This document shows positions 1 through 8,695 of a DNA stretch of 64,000 nucleotides, piece by piece (position 1 is the first letter of the stretch; every line of letters starts with the position of its first letter). The stretch comes from an uncultured Chloroflexia bacterium (lineage in GTDB: Bacteria; Chloroflexota; Limnocylindria; Limnocylindrales; CSP1-4), in assembly GCA_963744095.1 (NCBI GenBank), contig CAVUSH010000002.1, positions 69,481-133,480 of the forward strand. The letters run 5' to 3'. The notes beneath the pieces are model-generated. The model was not told the DNA's origin. It searched no databases and saw only the letters and a program-made list of their open reading frames with translations. The position numbers and the translations under genes are program-made.

Positions 1-1226
1 TGCGTCGCGTCGTGTTCCGCCCGGGCCGGTTCGCCGGCCGGCCCCTGTGGATCGACGACCCGGCCTTTCGAATCGAAGACCACGTCGACGAGGTCGCGGC
101 GCCGCCGCCGGGCGACGAAGCGGCGCTGCTGGCGCTGGCCGAGCGGCTCATGGCCCCGCTGCTGGATCGCTCCCGCCCGCTGTGGCGGATGTGGTTCGTG
201 ACCGGGCTGGAGGATGGCCGGGTCGGCGTGCTCGTCATCCTCCACCACGCGCTCGCGGACGGCCAGGCCGCGATGCGCATGGTTCGCTCGCTGCTCGAAG
301 CGCCGATGCCGGCCGCCGATGTGGCTCCACGGAACGCGTCCATCGCGGCGATCCCACCGCCCCGGGGCGTGCTCGTGCGCGACAACCTCCGGTCCATCAT
401 GGCCTCGGCGCTGCGGCTCGTCCGTCCCGCCACCTGGCGGCTCCTCGCCAGGGTGGCGCGTTCCGCCCGGCGGACCTCCGCCGTCGCCCGGCACGCCCCC
501 CGGACCTCGCTCAACGCGCCGGTCGGGCCACGACGACGGCTCGCGACCCTGCGCCTCGACCTGGCCACCGCCAGGCGCGTGGCGCGCGCGCAGGGCTGCG
601 GTGTCAACGACGTCGTCCTGACCCTGGTCGCGGGCGGCGTGCGAGCCCTGCTCGACGCCCGTGGGGAGCCAATCGCCCGGCTGCGACCGCGTGCCGGCAT
701 CGCAGTGGCGCTCTTCAGCGCGGGCCACGGACTCGAGGCCGGCAACGACGTGGGCACCCTCCACGTGCCCCTGCCGCTGGCCGAGCCCGACCCCGGCGCC
801 CGGCTGCCGCTGATCGCGGCCGTGAGGGCCCGCGCCAAGGGGGACCCCATGGTCGCCACCGAGCCGGTCCTCCGGGCGTGGCTCGGGCGTTTCGGGCCGG
901 TTCGGCGCTCGATGGAGCACCAGCGGCTCGTCAACCTCGCCGAGACGTACCTCCCCGGCCCGCCCGTCCCCATCGACGTCCTCGGCACGCCCGTGCTCGA
1001 CCTGCTCCCGATCGCACCCCTGGCCGGCAACCTGGGTCTCTCGTTCGTGGCGCTCTCCTACGCGGGACGCCTCGCGGTCACCGTGCGGGCCGACGCCGAC
1101 CAGTTTCCCGATCTCGAGGTGCTCTCGGCCGCCATGGAGCGGGAATGGCACGCGCTGGCCGGGTCGGTGGCGCCCTCTGATCGCTCGCGACGGACCAGGC
1201 GTTCTCGTTCCAGCTCCGGCGCGTGA
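1..1226 (+). CDS. Wax ester synthase/diacylglycerol acyltransferase (WS/DGAT) family protein, 5' end outside window
   Basis: ORF 12..1226 stays open to the window edge in the frame of base 3. The catalytic HHxxxDG motif is present as HHALADG, and the C-terminal half looks like WS/DGAT (LSYAGRLAVTV). Confidence 0.8.
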   Translation, partial: RRVVFRPGRFAGRPLWIDDPAFRIEDHVDEVAAPPPGDEAALLALAERLMAPLLDRSRPLWRMWFVTGLEDGRVGVLVILHHALADGQAAMRMVRSLLEAPMPAADVAPRNASIAAIPPPRGVLVRDNLRSIMASALRLVRPATWRLLARVARSARRTSAVARHAPRTSLNAPVGPRRRLATLRLDLATARRVARAQGCGVNDVVLTLVAGGVRALLDARGEPIARLRPRAGIAVALFSAGHGLEAGNDVGTLHVPLPLAEPDPGARLPLIAAVRARAKGDPMVATEPVLRAWLGRFGPVRRSMEHQRLVNLAETYLPGPPVPIDVLGTPVLDLLPIAPLAGNLGLSFVALSYAGRLAVTVRADADQFPDLEVLSAAMEREWHALAGSVAPSDRSRRTRRSRSSSGA

Positions 1227-1318
1227 GAGGCGTGCCTCTCGCTGTGCGCCCACGGTAGGGTTGGAGCCGCTGCCGCTCGAGCGCTTCCCGGGCCTCGCGC
1301 CTGCGAGCGATGTGCCCA

Positions 1319-1334
1319 TGGCGCCCCCGGACGG
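1319..1334 (-). repeat. Displaced copy Z of the tRNA-Arg(CCT) 3' end (16 nt)
   Basis: TGGCGCCCCCGGACGG is identical to bases 5232-5247 of the intact tRNA gene (CCA, discriminator, acceptor 3' strand, T-stem 3' strand). Confidence 0.6.
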
Positions 1335-1388
1335 GCTCCGGGCGCGCGATCAACCGCCGTCAGGCGTGCGGCGCGCCTGGCCAGGGGA

Positions 1389-1646
1389 TCAGGAGCGTGG
1401 TGGGTTGTTCTGCTGCTGCGCGAGTTGCTTCTGGACCTCCTGGTCGATCTCGTTCTGGCGGCGCTGTCGAACGCGCCTGACCACGATCAGGCCCATGATC
1501 CACGGCCAGATGAGCGCCACCACCAGGCCGACGAGGATCGCCAGTGCCCAGTTGGGCGTGGCCGGCGTCGCCATCCCGCCAGTGAGCCAGTACACGATCA
1601 AGAAGGCCACCACTCCGAGGATGATCCCGGTGATCCGCCGAATCAT
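1389..1646 (-). CDS. Small membrane protein (85 aa, two predicted TM helices)
   Basis: ATG is preceded by GGAGG at 7-nt spacing. The protein has hydrophobic segments (IILGVVAFLIVYWL and LAILVGLVVALIWPWIMGLIVV) followed by a basic tail. Confidence 0.65.
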   Translation of the reverse strand: MIRRITGIILGVVAFLIVYWLTGGMATPATPNWALAILVGLVVALIWPWIMGLIVVRRVRQRRQNEIDQEVQKQLAQQQNNPPRS

Positions 1647-1904
1647 TGCGAGCCCTCCATCCCTGGGGCAGCCCCGCCCATAGGGCGCAGCATCCTTGCC
1701 GTGAGCCTAGGCGCCGCGGGGTCGGCCCGTCAAACAAATCGAGCGTCATGGACATTCCGGTCTCCCAGCGGGGCGTCAACCTGCCGGCAAGCGCCGTGGG
1801 CCTGCTAGTCACCGCCGCTGCGACATGCGTCAGGCGCGCTTGAACCGGCTCCTCGAGATCACCGGCCGCCATGTTCTGGGGAGCGCTGGGATCATGAGGA
1901 GCGA

Positions 1905-2045
1905 CGCACCGTGTACCGCAATGGGTGACGCGAGACCCCTCGACGAGCAGGTCCGGCCCTTCCAGGAGGATCGGCGCTGCCTTCAGCTCATCGAAGAGCC
2001 GCACGCCGGAGCCGAGTTGCACGGGCACGAGGTCGATCGAGCGCC
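1905..2045 (-). pseudogene. Remnant of a RibD C-terminal/dihydrofolate-reductase-like gene
   Basis: Minus-strand translation IDLVPVQLGSGVRLFDELKAAPILLEGPDLLVEGSRVTH resembles the C-terminal third of RibD_C family proteins. There is no N-terminal part and no start codon. Confidence 0.35.
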
Positions 2046-2101
2046 CAGTTCGGGCTTGACGGCCCGGCAGTCCCGACCACGCTCGAAGGTTGGGAATGAA
2101 C

Positions 2102-2126
2102 TGGCGCCCCCGGACGGACTCGAACC
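2102..2126 (-). repeat. Displaced copy A of the tRNA-Arg(CCT) 3' end (25 nt)
   Basis: TGGCGCCCCCGGACGGACTCGAACC is identical to 5232-5256. The match diverges inside the T-stem 5' strand. Confidence 0.7.
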
Positions 2127-2198
2127 CCCAACAGCAACGCAGCGTCCTGGACTGGTATCTCGAGGTCGGGTAAGGCTTCCCGTGGCCAACTCGGCGGC

Positions 2199-3188
2199 TC
2201 AAGACTCGGGTTGGTTCCAGTGTGGGATGCCCGTCCATCCAGGCTCATCCCAGGGCATCCGGCCCATCAGTCCCGGCGGTAGCGGCAGCAGCCCCCGCGC
2301 CGCCTCGTTCTTCCGCATCGATCCGAGACCCCAGATGCCTGCCCGCAGTGTTGGGTGAGCGACGAGCGGCCGGAGGTCTTCCGGCGCGAGCTGGCGCATC
2401 CCGATGAGGAGGAGAACCTCCAGGTTCGGCGCGTCCGCGACCGGGCGGAGATCTGTGATGCCCTTCATCGTGTCGAGGGACACCCAGCGCAGCTCCCGGC
2501 TGGAACGGAACGACGGCAGCGTGGTGATCGAGCTCGTTGACTCGAGGATGAGCCAGCGCAGGTGCGGCAGCCGCGCGAGCGGAGCCAGGTCGTGGGGCCC
2601 GCGAAGACGGAAGAGTTCCACGAGCTCCAGGCGCCCGATCTCGGGCAGCAGCTCCAGGGATCGAACCGTGCCGAGCCCGCTGGTGAACCGATCGAGGCGC
2701 TCGAGTGGCCGGAGAAGCTCGACGTCGATCGAGCCGATTTCAAGCCGGCGCAGTCCGGTCAGCCGGCCAACGGTGTCGAGGTCGCTCCATGACCCGTTCA
2801 CGTACAGGCGCTCCAGCGTGTGGAGGTCGCCCAGGGGCCGGAGCGACACCCGCGGGATGGTGTCGCCGATCCCCAGCCGTAGCAGTGACCCGGCGACGTG
2901 ACGCAACCCGTCGAGCGACCGAAGGCGGAGTGACGTCGCGCCGAGGTCGCGGAGGCCCGGGAACCAGCGCAGCATCTCGAGGTCGTCGCCACGCTCCACC
3001 GATAGGTGCAACGAAGGGCGCTCGACGAACCACGCCGCGATGGCGCGCCACGCCACGTCGTCCAGCTCCGTCCAGACGCGGACGCTGGTCTCGTCGCCGC
3101 GCAGCGGAACCAGCTCGTCTGCCGTTCCGCGCTGGATCAAGCGGTACATGACAGCCATCGTAGTGGTCTCGACCGCGGACGGGAGCAC
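2199..3188 (-). CDS. Leucine-rich repeat (LRR) protein
   Basis: The 329-aa ORF has repeated LxxLxxLxL units (LRSLDGLRHVAGSLLRLGI, LERLYVNGS, LRRLEIGS, LRWLILES, LEVLLLIG). The start is uncertain; alternative ATGs are at 3158 and 3149. Confidence 0.7.
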   Translation of the reverse strand: MLPSAVETTTMAVMYRLIQRGTADELVPLRGDETSVRVWTELDDVAWRAIAAWFVERPSLHLSVERGDDLEMLRWFPGLRDLGATSLRLRSLDGLRHVAGSLLRLGIGDTIPRVSLRPLGDLHTLERLYVNGSWSDLDTVGRLTGLRRLEIGSIDVELLRPLERLDRFTSGLGTVRSLELLPEIGRLELVELFRLRGPHDLAPLARLPHLRWLILESTSSITTLPSFRSSRELRWVSLDTMKGITDLRPVADAPNLEVLLLIGMRQLAPEDLRPLVAHPTLRAGIWGLGSMRKNEAARGLLPLPPGLMGRMPWDEPGWTGIPHWNQPES

Positions 3189-3294
3189 CCGGAGATCGTC
3201 GACCTCGTTTCAAGCTCCCGCGACGGCACCGACTCGACCGCTGTCGGCGGGGCTCGACGTCGCCGAGCTGGAGGCGACCTCGAGAGTTGGTTGC

Positions 3295-3315
3295 TGGCGC
3301 CCCCGGACGGACTCG
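3295..3315 (-). repeat. Displaced copy B of the tRNA-Arg(CCT) 3' end (21 nt)
   Basis: TGGCGCCCCCGGACGGACTCG is identical to 5232-5252. Copy B also shares 10 further flanking nt (AGTTGGTTGC) with copy C. Confidence 0.65.
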
Positions 3316-3656
3316 GAGCCCTCGGACCCGCTGCCATGGTATTTCCCAATACCTGGGCGAGCCAGCCGGCCCCCTGGCATGGCTCGGCGGTGGACTGCTC
3401 CTGATCGTCTCGATGCCCGGACTCCTGCTGCTGGGGGTCTTGGCCATCGCAGGACGCACCTACCGGCGGCGGACGTGGCGGCCCATGCAGCCTCTGGCCG
3501 CGGGGCCGGCCGAGTACGAGCGACAGCTCGCGACCTCTAGAACCAAGCAGCCGACCCCGAAGACGCCGGGGGGACCGGGCACCTCGTGGTCACCTCCGAT
3601 GCTCGTCGGCCAAGGGCGGTTCGTTACATGCTCCACCCTCGAGGTCACCGTCACCC

Positions 3657-4034
3657 GTGGAGGCAGACCTTGACCGCACGGCGCAGGCGAGGGCAGCCCT
3701 GATCTCTCCTGGCTGGGAAGCCGCCGCAACCGACACGGTGGTGGACGCGCAGGGTGAGGTCTTGCATGTGACTCGCGCCCCGGCGGAGCTGGCTGATCGG
3801 GACGCGACATACCTCGGCCAAGAGGCCGTCGGTGGGTTGACCCGAAGCCCCCGTGCGATCGTACGAGCGTCGCTCCGAAGGGCCGGACCAGCAGAGACCG
3901 CAGTCACACTGTCGGGCGCCTGCAGCGCAACGATGTGGGGCGATATGCGGGCAGCCGGGCACCTGACCGACGCGCTGCAGACGCTGATCGACCGCGCCGT
4001 GGCGCTGGTCGGTGTGCAAACGCCGGCACGCTGA
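3657..4034 (+). CDS. Hypothetical protein (weakly supported)
   Basis: 125-aa ORF with moderately high third-position GC. It has no RBS and no recognisable family, and may be a remnant. Confidence 0.25.
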   Translation: MEADLDRTAQARAALISPGWEAAATDTVVDAQGEVLHVTRAPAELADRDATYLGQEAVGGLTRSPRAIVRASLRRAGPAETAVTLSGACSATMWGDMRAAGHLTDALQTLIDRAVALVGVQTPAR

Positions 4035-4155
4035 GAAGACTGCGTTGCAGCGCGCAGTCGCCGGGGTCTGAAAGGTCCTTCGCGAACTGCGGGAAGCACT
4101 TGGCCGCCCGGCCGCCGCGCCCGCCTGACTCCCACGAATCAGGTCCGACGCGAGG

Positions 4156-4740
4156 TCAGCCGATGCTGGCCTCCCCGTCATCCACGGCCCTAACGAGATC
4201 CAAGAGCGCGGATGTCGTCTGCCAACTGCGGATCGTCATCGACCGGTAGAGCGGGGACGACATCACCCGGTTTAGCCGGCTCTTCGTCCGCTGCGCGCTC
4301 AGCCGCTGCGAGTAGATGAGGCCATCGCCCGGCCACACCACGTCCACGCCTTCCTTGGGCGTGAACGCGGGCATCGCCTCGGCGGCGTCGACTCCCACCA
4401 GGAAGATCGCATCGCTGTGGTACAGGTCCGGCTGGTCACCGAACCCCTTCGGTCGCTTGTCGATCGCGGCTTCGAGCTCCGCGCGAGAGAGGACGAGGAC
4501 CCGGATGACGGAGGTGTCGAGCTTGAACCGCCCCGGCATCGCCTCTTCGATCCTCTGGGCGATGGTGTCCGGCTTCTGTTCCGACTGGAGGATCGCGTTG
4601 CCACTCTGGATGTACGTCCGGACGTTCCGAAACCCGAAGTCGGTCAGCAGCGCCCTCAGTTCGCCCATCGGCACCTTGTTCTTGCCGCCGACGTTGATGC
4701 CGCGGAACAGGATCACGTAGGTGGTCAGCGTCTCGCTCAT
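4156..4740 (-). CDS. DUF1697 family protein
   Basis: The N-terminus YVILFRGINVGGKNKVPMGELRALL...VRTYIQSGN is the characteristic DUF1697 signature. Full length is 194 aa. Confidence 0.85.
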   Translation of the reverse strand: MSETLTTYVILFRGINVGGKNKVPMGELRALLTDFGFRNVRTYIQSGNAILQSEQKPDTIAQRIEEAMPGRFKLDTSVIRVLVLSRAELEAAIDKRPKGFGDQPDLYHSDAIFLVGVDAAEAMPAFTPKEGVDVVWPGDGLIYSQRLSAQRTKSRLNRVMSSPLYRSMTIRSWQTTSALLDLVRAVDDGEASIG

Positions 4741-5012
4741 TCCTGCCTCACATCCTCTGCGTCTTCGATGGCATCCTCCGTGCCATCCCGCTGGTCCTCG
4801 ATGGCGAGATGGGAGTTACGACCTCTGCGAACCCGCTACCGTCGGGTGCGCCGGCCACTCCCCCTCGCTGTCTGGCACCCCCCGCGCACCAGCACCGCAT
4901 CATCCTGACGATCGTCGAGCGCGTGCAGGCGACGCCCTTCTTCGGGGACTACGTCGCCGGGGACGCGGCGACCGACGAAGAGGAGGCTCGGCTGTGGGCA
5001 GCAGTTGGTTGC

Positions 5013-5028
5013 TGGCGCCCCCGGACGG
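5013..5028 (-). repeat. Displaced copy C of the tRNA-Arg(CCT) 3' end (16 nt)
   Basis: TGGCGCCCCCGGACGG is identical to 5232-5247. With its flank, a 26-nt stretch is identical to copy B (5003-5028 vs 3285-3310). Confidence 0.6.
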
Positions 5029-5231
5029 GGAACGCGAGGGCGACATCGCCGTTCCATGCGTACCGCACCTCGAGTAGAGTCCCCGGGATCTCCAGGCCCA
5101 CCCGGCCGCAGCTCGCGGAGCTGGTCCGGCTTCTCGTCGAGAGCGTGACGGCAAGCGGTCGTGCCGTCGATCCAGAGTCCATCGAGTGGGCGCCGCCCGC
5201 TCGCCCGTTCTTCGGGGAAGCTGCGTTGCTG

Positions 5232-5307
5232 TGGCGCCCCCGGACGGACTCGAACCGCCGACGCAGGCCTTAGGACGGCCTCGCTCTGTCCACTGAGCTA
5301 CGGGGGC
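5232..5307 (-). tRNA. tRNA-Arg (anticodon CCT), CCA encoded
   Basis: The reverse complement folds as a cloverleaf. Acceptor is GCCCCCG/CGGGGGC, D arm GCTC..GAGC, and anticodon stem AGGCC/GGCCT with loop GTCCTAA. T arm is GGCGG-TTCGAGT-CCGTC, followed by G-CCA. Confidence 0.9.
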
Positions 5308-5396
5308 GCGGACCCCGATCGTACTCCACCCGGCCCCGCGGGCTGCCCGCCGCGGCGGTTCGCCCGGGCGTCCCGGGGTCGTCCGGCCGCTCACCG

Positions 5397-5402
5397 TACA
5401 AT
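5397..5402 (+). promoter_or_regulatory. Candidate -10 box (TACAAT), 8 nt upstream of the ATG at 5411; possible leaderless transcript
   Basis: TACAATcgccggcgATG. There is no SD between the box and the ATG, and no convincing -35. Confidence 0.3.
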
Positions 5403-5410
5403 CGCCGGCG

Positions 5411-5692
5411 ATGGACGCAGCCGCCCCTCCCCTCCCAGATCTCGTGCTCTGGCGCTCGGATCGCTGCCACCTGTGCGAGGAGACGACGGCGCTGGTGGAG
5501 CAGCTACTCGAGCAGCGAGCCGCGGCGGGTCGCGCCGTTCCCCGGCTCGTCGTCCGCCGGATCGCGGAAGACCCGGACGTCGAGCGCGCCCTGTTCGAGC
5601 AGGTCCCCGTCCTCGAGGTCCGCGGGCGCCGCCTCGCCCTGGCCGTCCGACTGGCCCCGATCCGGGTGTTTCTCGACGAGACGTACACCTGA
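5411..5692 (+). CDS. Glutaredoxin-like (thioredoxin-fold, DUF836-like) protein
   Basis: 93 aa with the CxxC motif CHLC near the N-terminus and a C-terminal VPVL motif. Its stop overlaps the ccdA start (ATGA). Confidence 0.7.
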   Translation: MDAAAPPLPDLVLWRSDRCHLCEETTALVEQLLEQRAAAGRAVPRLVVRRIAEDPDVERALFEQVPVLEVRGRRLALAVRLAPIRVFLDETYT

Positions 5693-6504
5693 TGGAGGGT
5701 TCGGACCTCAGCCTCCTGGTCGCCTTCGGAGCCGGCCTCCTCAGCTTCCTCTCGCCGTGCGTGCTGCCCCTGGTGCCCGCCTATATCGGGCAGCTCACGG
5801 TGGTCGCGGTCGTGGGCCGCGCGAACGCCACGCCGTCCCGCTGGCTGGCCGTCCGCCACGCGATCGCCTACGTCCTGGGCTTCGGGGCCGTCTTCACGAT
5901 CCTCGGCATCACCGCCACCTTCGTGGGCGGGCCCCTCGCGGACTATCTTCCGGCCCTGCGGACGTTCGGCGGCGTGCTCCTCATCGTGATGGGCCTCAAT
6001 CTCGCCGGCATCCTGCGGATCCCCGCGCTCGACCGAACCTGGCGGCCCCTCGAGGCGGGCGCGGCGGGTGCGCTGGCGGAGACGACGGGGACGATAGCGT
6101 TCGCCACGCCGGGCGCCGAGAGCGGGCCCGGGCTCGGCGAGCAGCTCGGCGGGCGCCTCGTGGGCGGTCGCGGGGGGATCGGGGCCTCGTTCGGCCTCGG
6201 CGTCGTCTTCGCGATCGGCTGGACGCCGTGCATCGGGATCATCCTGGGCAGCATCCTGACGGTCGCGGCCTCGTCGGGGACGACCCTCCAGGGCGGCCTG
6301 CTCCTCGTCGCCTACACGCTGGGCCTCGGCGTCCCGTTCATCCTGCTGGGCGTCGTCTACGATCGCGCGCCGGCGTTGGTACGCCCGCTGGTGCGGCACG
6401 GGCGCGCCGTCAGCTTCGTCGGCGGCCTCCTGGTCGCGACGATCGGCGTCTTCATGCTGCTGGACTGGCTCACCTGGTTCTCGCGCCTCGCCCCCGGGAT
6501 CTAG
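5692..6504 (+). CDS. ccdA: Cytochrome c biogenesis protein CcdA (DsbD-type thiol-disulfide transporter)
   Basis: Starts MEGSDLSLLVAFGAGLLSFLSPCVLPLVPAY. A second conserved Cys lies in GWTPCIG. Multiple TM helices. Confidence 0.85.
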   Translation: MEGSDLSLLVAFGAGLLSFLSPCVLPLVPAYIGQLTVVAVVGRANATPSRWLAVRHAIAYVLGFGAVFTILGITATFVGGPLADYLPALRTFGGVLLIVMGLNLAGILRIPALDRTWRPLEAGAAGALAETTGTIAFATPGAESGPGLGEQLGGRLVGGRGGIGASFGLGVVFAIGWTPCIGIILGSILTVAASSGTTLQGGLLLVAYTLGLGVPFILLGVVYDRAPALVRPLVRHGRAVSFVGGLLVATIGVFMLLDWLTWFSRLAPGI

Positions 6505-6511
6505 GCAGCGC

Positions 6512-7207
6512 GTGATCGGTCCCGACACCGACCCGCCGGAATCGCGTCGCGGCGTCATCGGCCCATTCACCGGCCGCCAGCTCGCCGCCGCGCTGATCGT
6601 CGTGCTCGCGGCGGCGCTCGTCCTCGTCATCGCGACCCAGCCCCTCGTGACGCCCGGCGCCACGCCCGCCCCGGTGGACCCTCGCGCGACGCAGTACCTC
6701 GTGGGCTCCGCCGGGGAGGGCCTCCGGGTCGGCGACCGTGCCCCGGAGCTGGAGATCGTCGGTCCGAACGGGTCGCCCGCGCCGCTGCTCGACCTCGACG
6801 GAAACCCGGTCCGCCTTGCGGACCTCCGCGGCCGCCCGGTGTGGATCAACTTCTGGGCCAGCTGGTGCCCGCCGTGCCAGGCCGAGACGCCGACGATCCG
6901 CGACACCGCCGCGGCATACGCACCGCAGGGCCTCGAGGTCGTCGGGATCAGCGTCCAGGAGGCGACCGAGGACGACGTCCGGGCCTATGCCGAGAAGTAC
7001 GACCTCGGGTACACGGTCGCGGCCGACCTCGCGGGCGACGTCTTCCGCCTCTACCGCGTGTTCGGGCTCCCGACGCAGTACTTCCTCGACCAGGAGGGGA
7101 TCATCCGCTCCATCGTCCAGGGCCCGGTGACGCCCGAGACCGCGGCATCCAACCTCGCCCTGCTCGACCTCGAGCCGCCGCCGAGCTCGCCGACGGACGC
7201 TCCGTAA
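6512..7207 (+). CDS. TlpA/ResA-like membrane-anchored thiol-disulfide oxidoreductase
   Basis: N-terminal TM anchor, thioredoxin fold with WCPPC, and the FGLPTQYFLD motif. Confidence 0.85.
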   Translation: MIGPDTDPPESRRGVIGPFTGRQLAAALIVVLAAALVLVIATQPLVTPGATPAPVDPRATQYLVGSAGEGLRVGDRAPELEIVGPNGSPAPLLDLDGNPVRLADLRGRPVWINFWASWCPPCQAETPTIRDTAAAYAPQGLEVVGISVQEATEDDVRAYAEKYDLGYTVAADLAGDVFRLYRVFGLPTQYFLDQEGIIRSIVQGPVTPETAASNLALLDLEPPPSSPTDAP

Positions 7208-7235
7208 CTTCCTGCTTCCGTAAGCGAGCGGCGCC

Positions 7236-8096
7236 CTAGACCACCGGCTCCCAAGCGAACCGGTCGCGCTCGGCGACCAGGCGGCCCACCGGGTGGCGCA
7301 GCTCGTGGGAGAGGACGACCGTCCAGCGCTCCTCCGCGGCCCGGGCGAAGAGCGTCGCCTTGCGGGCCACCGAGTCGAGTGGGAAGTCGTCGAACGACGG
7401 AATCCAGCGTGGGTTGGCCGACCAGGGGCGCATCGCGATGTCCCCGAAGAAGGCGAGCGTCGCGCCCGGCGCCCGCACGACGATCGCCTGGTGGCCCGCC
7501 GTGTGGCCGCCGGTGGGCGCCACCCGGACGCCCGGGACCAGCTCCACCTCGCCCTCGGCCGCGCCCTCGTCGCCCCACGACCGGACGAGGCGTAGCTCGG
7601 GCTGGTCGTAGGAGGCCGCGATGCGCGGGTTGTCCGACAGGGCGATCTCCCACTCGGCGCGCTGGGCGACGATTCGGGCGCGGGCGAAGGCACGCGTCCC
7701 GTCCGTGCGCAGGAGGCCGCCGGCGTGGTCGTAGTGGAGGTGGCTCAGGGCCACGACGTCGATCGATGCCGGGTCGAAGCCGGCCCGCTCGAGCGTCGGG
7801 ACGATCGGCTCGCCGCCGAGGCCCCGCCAGGCGCGGCTGCGCTCGTCGAGCCGCTCGCCGATCCCCGTCTCGACCAGGACGCGGCCGGCCGGGGTCTCGA
7901 CCAGGAGGCAGTTGAGGGCCTGCAGGAGGCGGTGCTGCTCGTCGAGCTCGTCGACGACGAGCCGGTCCCACAGCACGCGCGGCGCAGGCCCGAAGATGGC
8001 GCCGGCGTCGGAGCGGAAGGTCCCCGCCTGAACGAGTGCGACGCGGGTCCCTCCGCCGAGATCCGCCGACCAGTGGACCGCGTCGTTGAGCCCCAT
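7236..8096 (-). CDS. MBL-fold metallo-hydrolase
   Basis: HxHxDH motif present as HLHYDHAGG, with downstream GHTAGH. The start at MGLND (8096) was chosen because the longer ORF runs through dcd. Confidence 0.8.
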   Translation of the reverse strand: MGLNDAVHWSADLGGGTRVALVQAGTFRSDAGAIFGPAPRVLWDRLVVDELDEQHRLLQALNCLLVETPAGRVLVETGIGERLDERSRAWRGLGGEPIVPTLERAGFDPASIDVVALSHLHYDHAGGLLRTDGTRAFARARIVAQRAEWEIALSDNPRIAASYDQPELRLVRSWGDEGAAEGEVELVPGVRVAPTGGHTAGHQAIVVRAPGATLAFFGDIAMRPWSANPRWIPSFDDFPLDSVARKATLFARAAEERWTVVLSHELRHPVGRLVAERDRFAWEPVV

Positions 8097-8101
8097 CGCG
8101 A

Positions 8102-8695
8102 TCAGCCCTTCCCCGGGAGCTTCCGACGGGCGTCGAAGTCGCGGTGGAACGCCGAGGCCGTCGGCTGGCTCTGCCCCTGGTACTTCGAGCCCAGCTCCGA
8201 GGTGCCGTAGGGGCGCTCCACGGGGCTCGACATCTGGAAGAAGCTGATCTGCCCGATCCGCATCCCGGCGTAGAGGGCGATCGGGAGGTTCGCCACGTTG
8301 CTCAGCTCGAGGGTCAGCGTGCCCTTCCAGCCAGGGTCCACGTAGCCGGCCGTGGAGTGGATGAGGAGCCCCAGGCGGCCCAAACTCGACTTGCCCTCGA
8401 GCCTGGCGACGAGGTCCGTCGGGAGCTCCACCCACTCGATCGTCTGGCCGAGGACGAACTCGCCCGGGTGGAGGATGAACGGCTCGTCGTCGCGGACGCC
8501 CAGCAGCTCGGTCAGGTCAGGCTGCGCCTCGCGGGGGTCGATGAAGGCGTAGCGATTGTTGCGGAAGACCCGGAAGCTGCGGTCCAGGTGGAGATCGACC
8601 GAGGAAGGCTGCAGGTCGGCGGGATCGTAGGGTTCGATGCGGATCCGGCCGGCCTCGAGCGCGGCGCGGATGTCGCAGTCGGCGAGGACGCTCAC
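8102..8695 (-). CDS. dcd: dCTP deaminase
   Basis: [38 protein letters not shown] and the full-length architecture. The GTG start overlaps the nrdR stop (GTGA). Confidence 0.9.
   Translation of the reverse strand: MSVLADCDIRAALEAGRIRIEPYDPADLQPSSVDLHLDRSFRVFRNNRYAFIDPREAQPDLTELLGVRDDEPFILHPGEFVLGQTIEWVELPTDLVARLEGKSSLGRLGLLIHSTAGYVDPGWKGTLTLELSNVANLPIALYAGMRIGQISFFQMSSPVERPYGTSELGSKYQGQSQPTASAFHRDFDARRKLPGKG

Larger units (their letters stand above)
1319..5231 (-). mobile_element. Ladder of degraded integrative-element remnants downstream of tRNA-Arg(CCT); no integrase present
   Basis: Four same-orientation partial copies of the tRNA 3' end (1319, 2102, 3295, 5013) lie downstream of the intact gene. 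They separate small gene modules and gene remnants. Confidence 0.5.

Noticed and set aside
2102-2205. Fragment A plus its upstream sequence as a complete class II (long variable arm) tRNA, because of a GCCGAGTTGG D-loop-like motif and a CTCGAGA loop.
   Set aside because: - There is no 5' acceptor strand complementary to the 3' end.
- No anticodon stem can be formed.
- The T-stem has a mismatch.
3295-3400. Fragment B plus its flank as a tRNA-like or structured RNA, with the hairpin CCAGGUAUU-GGGA-AAUACCAUGG and a GNRA-type loop.
   Set aside because: It is a single short hairpin with no second copy or covariation to support it. The T-loop is mutated (TCCGAGT).
3287-3673. A possible small membrane ORF with high GC3 (…LAWLGGGLLLIVSMPGLLLLGVLAIAGRTYRRR…), resembling a C-terminal anchor.
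   Set aside because: - No credible start codon or RBS was found.
- Its 5' part runs through tRNA fragment B.
- It may be the tail of a destroyed gene.
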